Of a DNA stretch of 64,000 nt, positions 63,205 to 64,000 are shown piece by piece; within the stretch, counting starts at the first letter, position 1; each line of letters opens with the position of its first letter. The stretch is from assembly GCF_004010195.1 (NCBI RefSeq), contig NC_057719.1, positions 67,855,873-67,919,872 of the forward strand. The letters are read 5' to 3'. The notes beneath the pieces are model-generated. The model was not told where the DNA came from, ran no database searches, and saw nothing but the letters and a program-made list of their open reading frames with translations. Origin of the DNA: Chiloscyllium plagiosum (lineage: Eukaryota). A program made the translations under genes and the position numbers.

Positions 63205-63562
63205 AATAAAATTCTAACAGGACTAGACTGTGTAGATGCAGGAAGGATGTTCCCAATAGCAATGGAGGCCAGAATGCTCATACACAAAGCCCACAGTCTT
63301 TGTATATGAGGTAAACAATTTAGGACTGAAATAAAAATAAATTCCTTCATCCAGAGAGCAATGAGCCTGTTGAATTTGCTGCTACAGAAAGCAATCGAGG
63401 CCAAAACATTGTATGATTTCAAGAATTAGTTCAATTTAACACTCTGGGGGAAAAGCAGCAACAGGTTCTTGAATTGGATAATCCACCGTGATCATAATGA
63501 ATGGTGAAGCAGGCTCGAAGGACTGAATGGCCTACTCCTCTACCTATTTTCTATGTTTCTAT
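63205..63562 (+). mobile_element. CR1 LINE 3' end fragment in meis2 intron 7
   Basis: aaaattctaacaggactagac...gaaggatgttccc...ggctcgaaggactgaatggcctactcct...ttctatgtttctat. Confidence 0.85.
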
Positions 63563-64000
63563 TTCAATTTCCTAAATAACAGAAATCTTACACAATACTG
63601 CAAACAATAAGTAGTAGGGTGTTGTAGATAGGAGGTATATGCAGACATAACATTTTAGTTTTGTCAGTCAATTTCTAGTGACCATCTATGCCACTTGTAC
63701 TGAAGTCATGAACTTGCAGGTTCCACATTTATCAGAGAAAGTGATAATTAGCACAGAGCAGCCAGGGATGTTTCACTCTGACCATCAGCATTATTTACCC
63801 AGTGTCCACTGACAACAACCTGCACAAGTTTGAAACTTCTTCCACTGGCCTACCTGAGGACTCCCCCCGAGTAGGAGAGAATAGCATTTTGTGTCCAGTA
63901 ATGCTGAGTACAGTCATGTCTGTATGTTCAGATAACTCTGACTAGCATCTATACATGAAGCACTCAACATTATAATTAATTCACTTTCCTATGTTATAAA

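Overview
Vertebrate genomic DNA, almost certainly from a shark or other cartilaginous fish: it carries HE1/V-SINEs, HER1-type CR1 LINEs and Penelope-like ends. Bases 1 to ~30.7 kb are repeat-rich intergenic DNA. This part holds a ~3.8 kb composite element built around a G-rich minisatellite (with a 183-N gap), CR1 LINEs, SINEs, Penelope-like relics with hammerhead-ribozyme-like cores, and a Harbinger-like Myb relic. From ~30.7 to 49.2 kb there is a CpG-rich domain with no transposon I can recognise. It contains the promoter and coding exons 1-6 of the TALE homeobox gene meis2 (+ strand). Exon 7 is at 55.0 kb and the homeodomain exons lie beyond the window. The seven exons splice GT-AG into a continuous 754-nt frame (251 aa + 1 nt). 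I cannot demonstrate a wholly new biological system from the sequence alone. Best leads: (1) a minisatellite-carrying non-autonomous retroelement with a YY1 head and G-quadruplex motifs; (2) sense-strand hammerhead-like cores in meis2 intron 7; (3) a perfect DR5 retinoic-acid element, a PBX-MEIS/E-box/NFI/uORF module and phased MEIS sites around meis2; (4) several local templated duplications. Repeat family names and human comparisons are from memory and need database confirmation.
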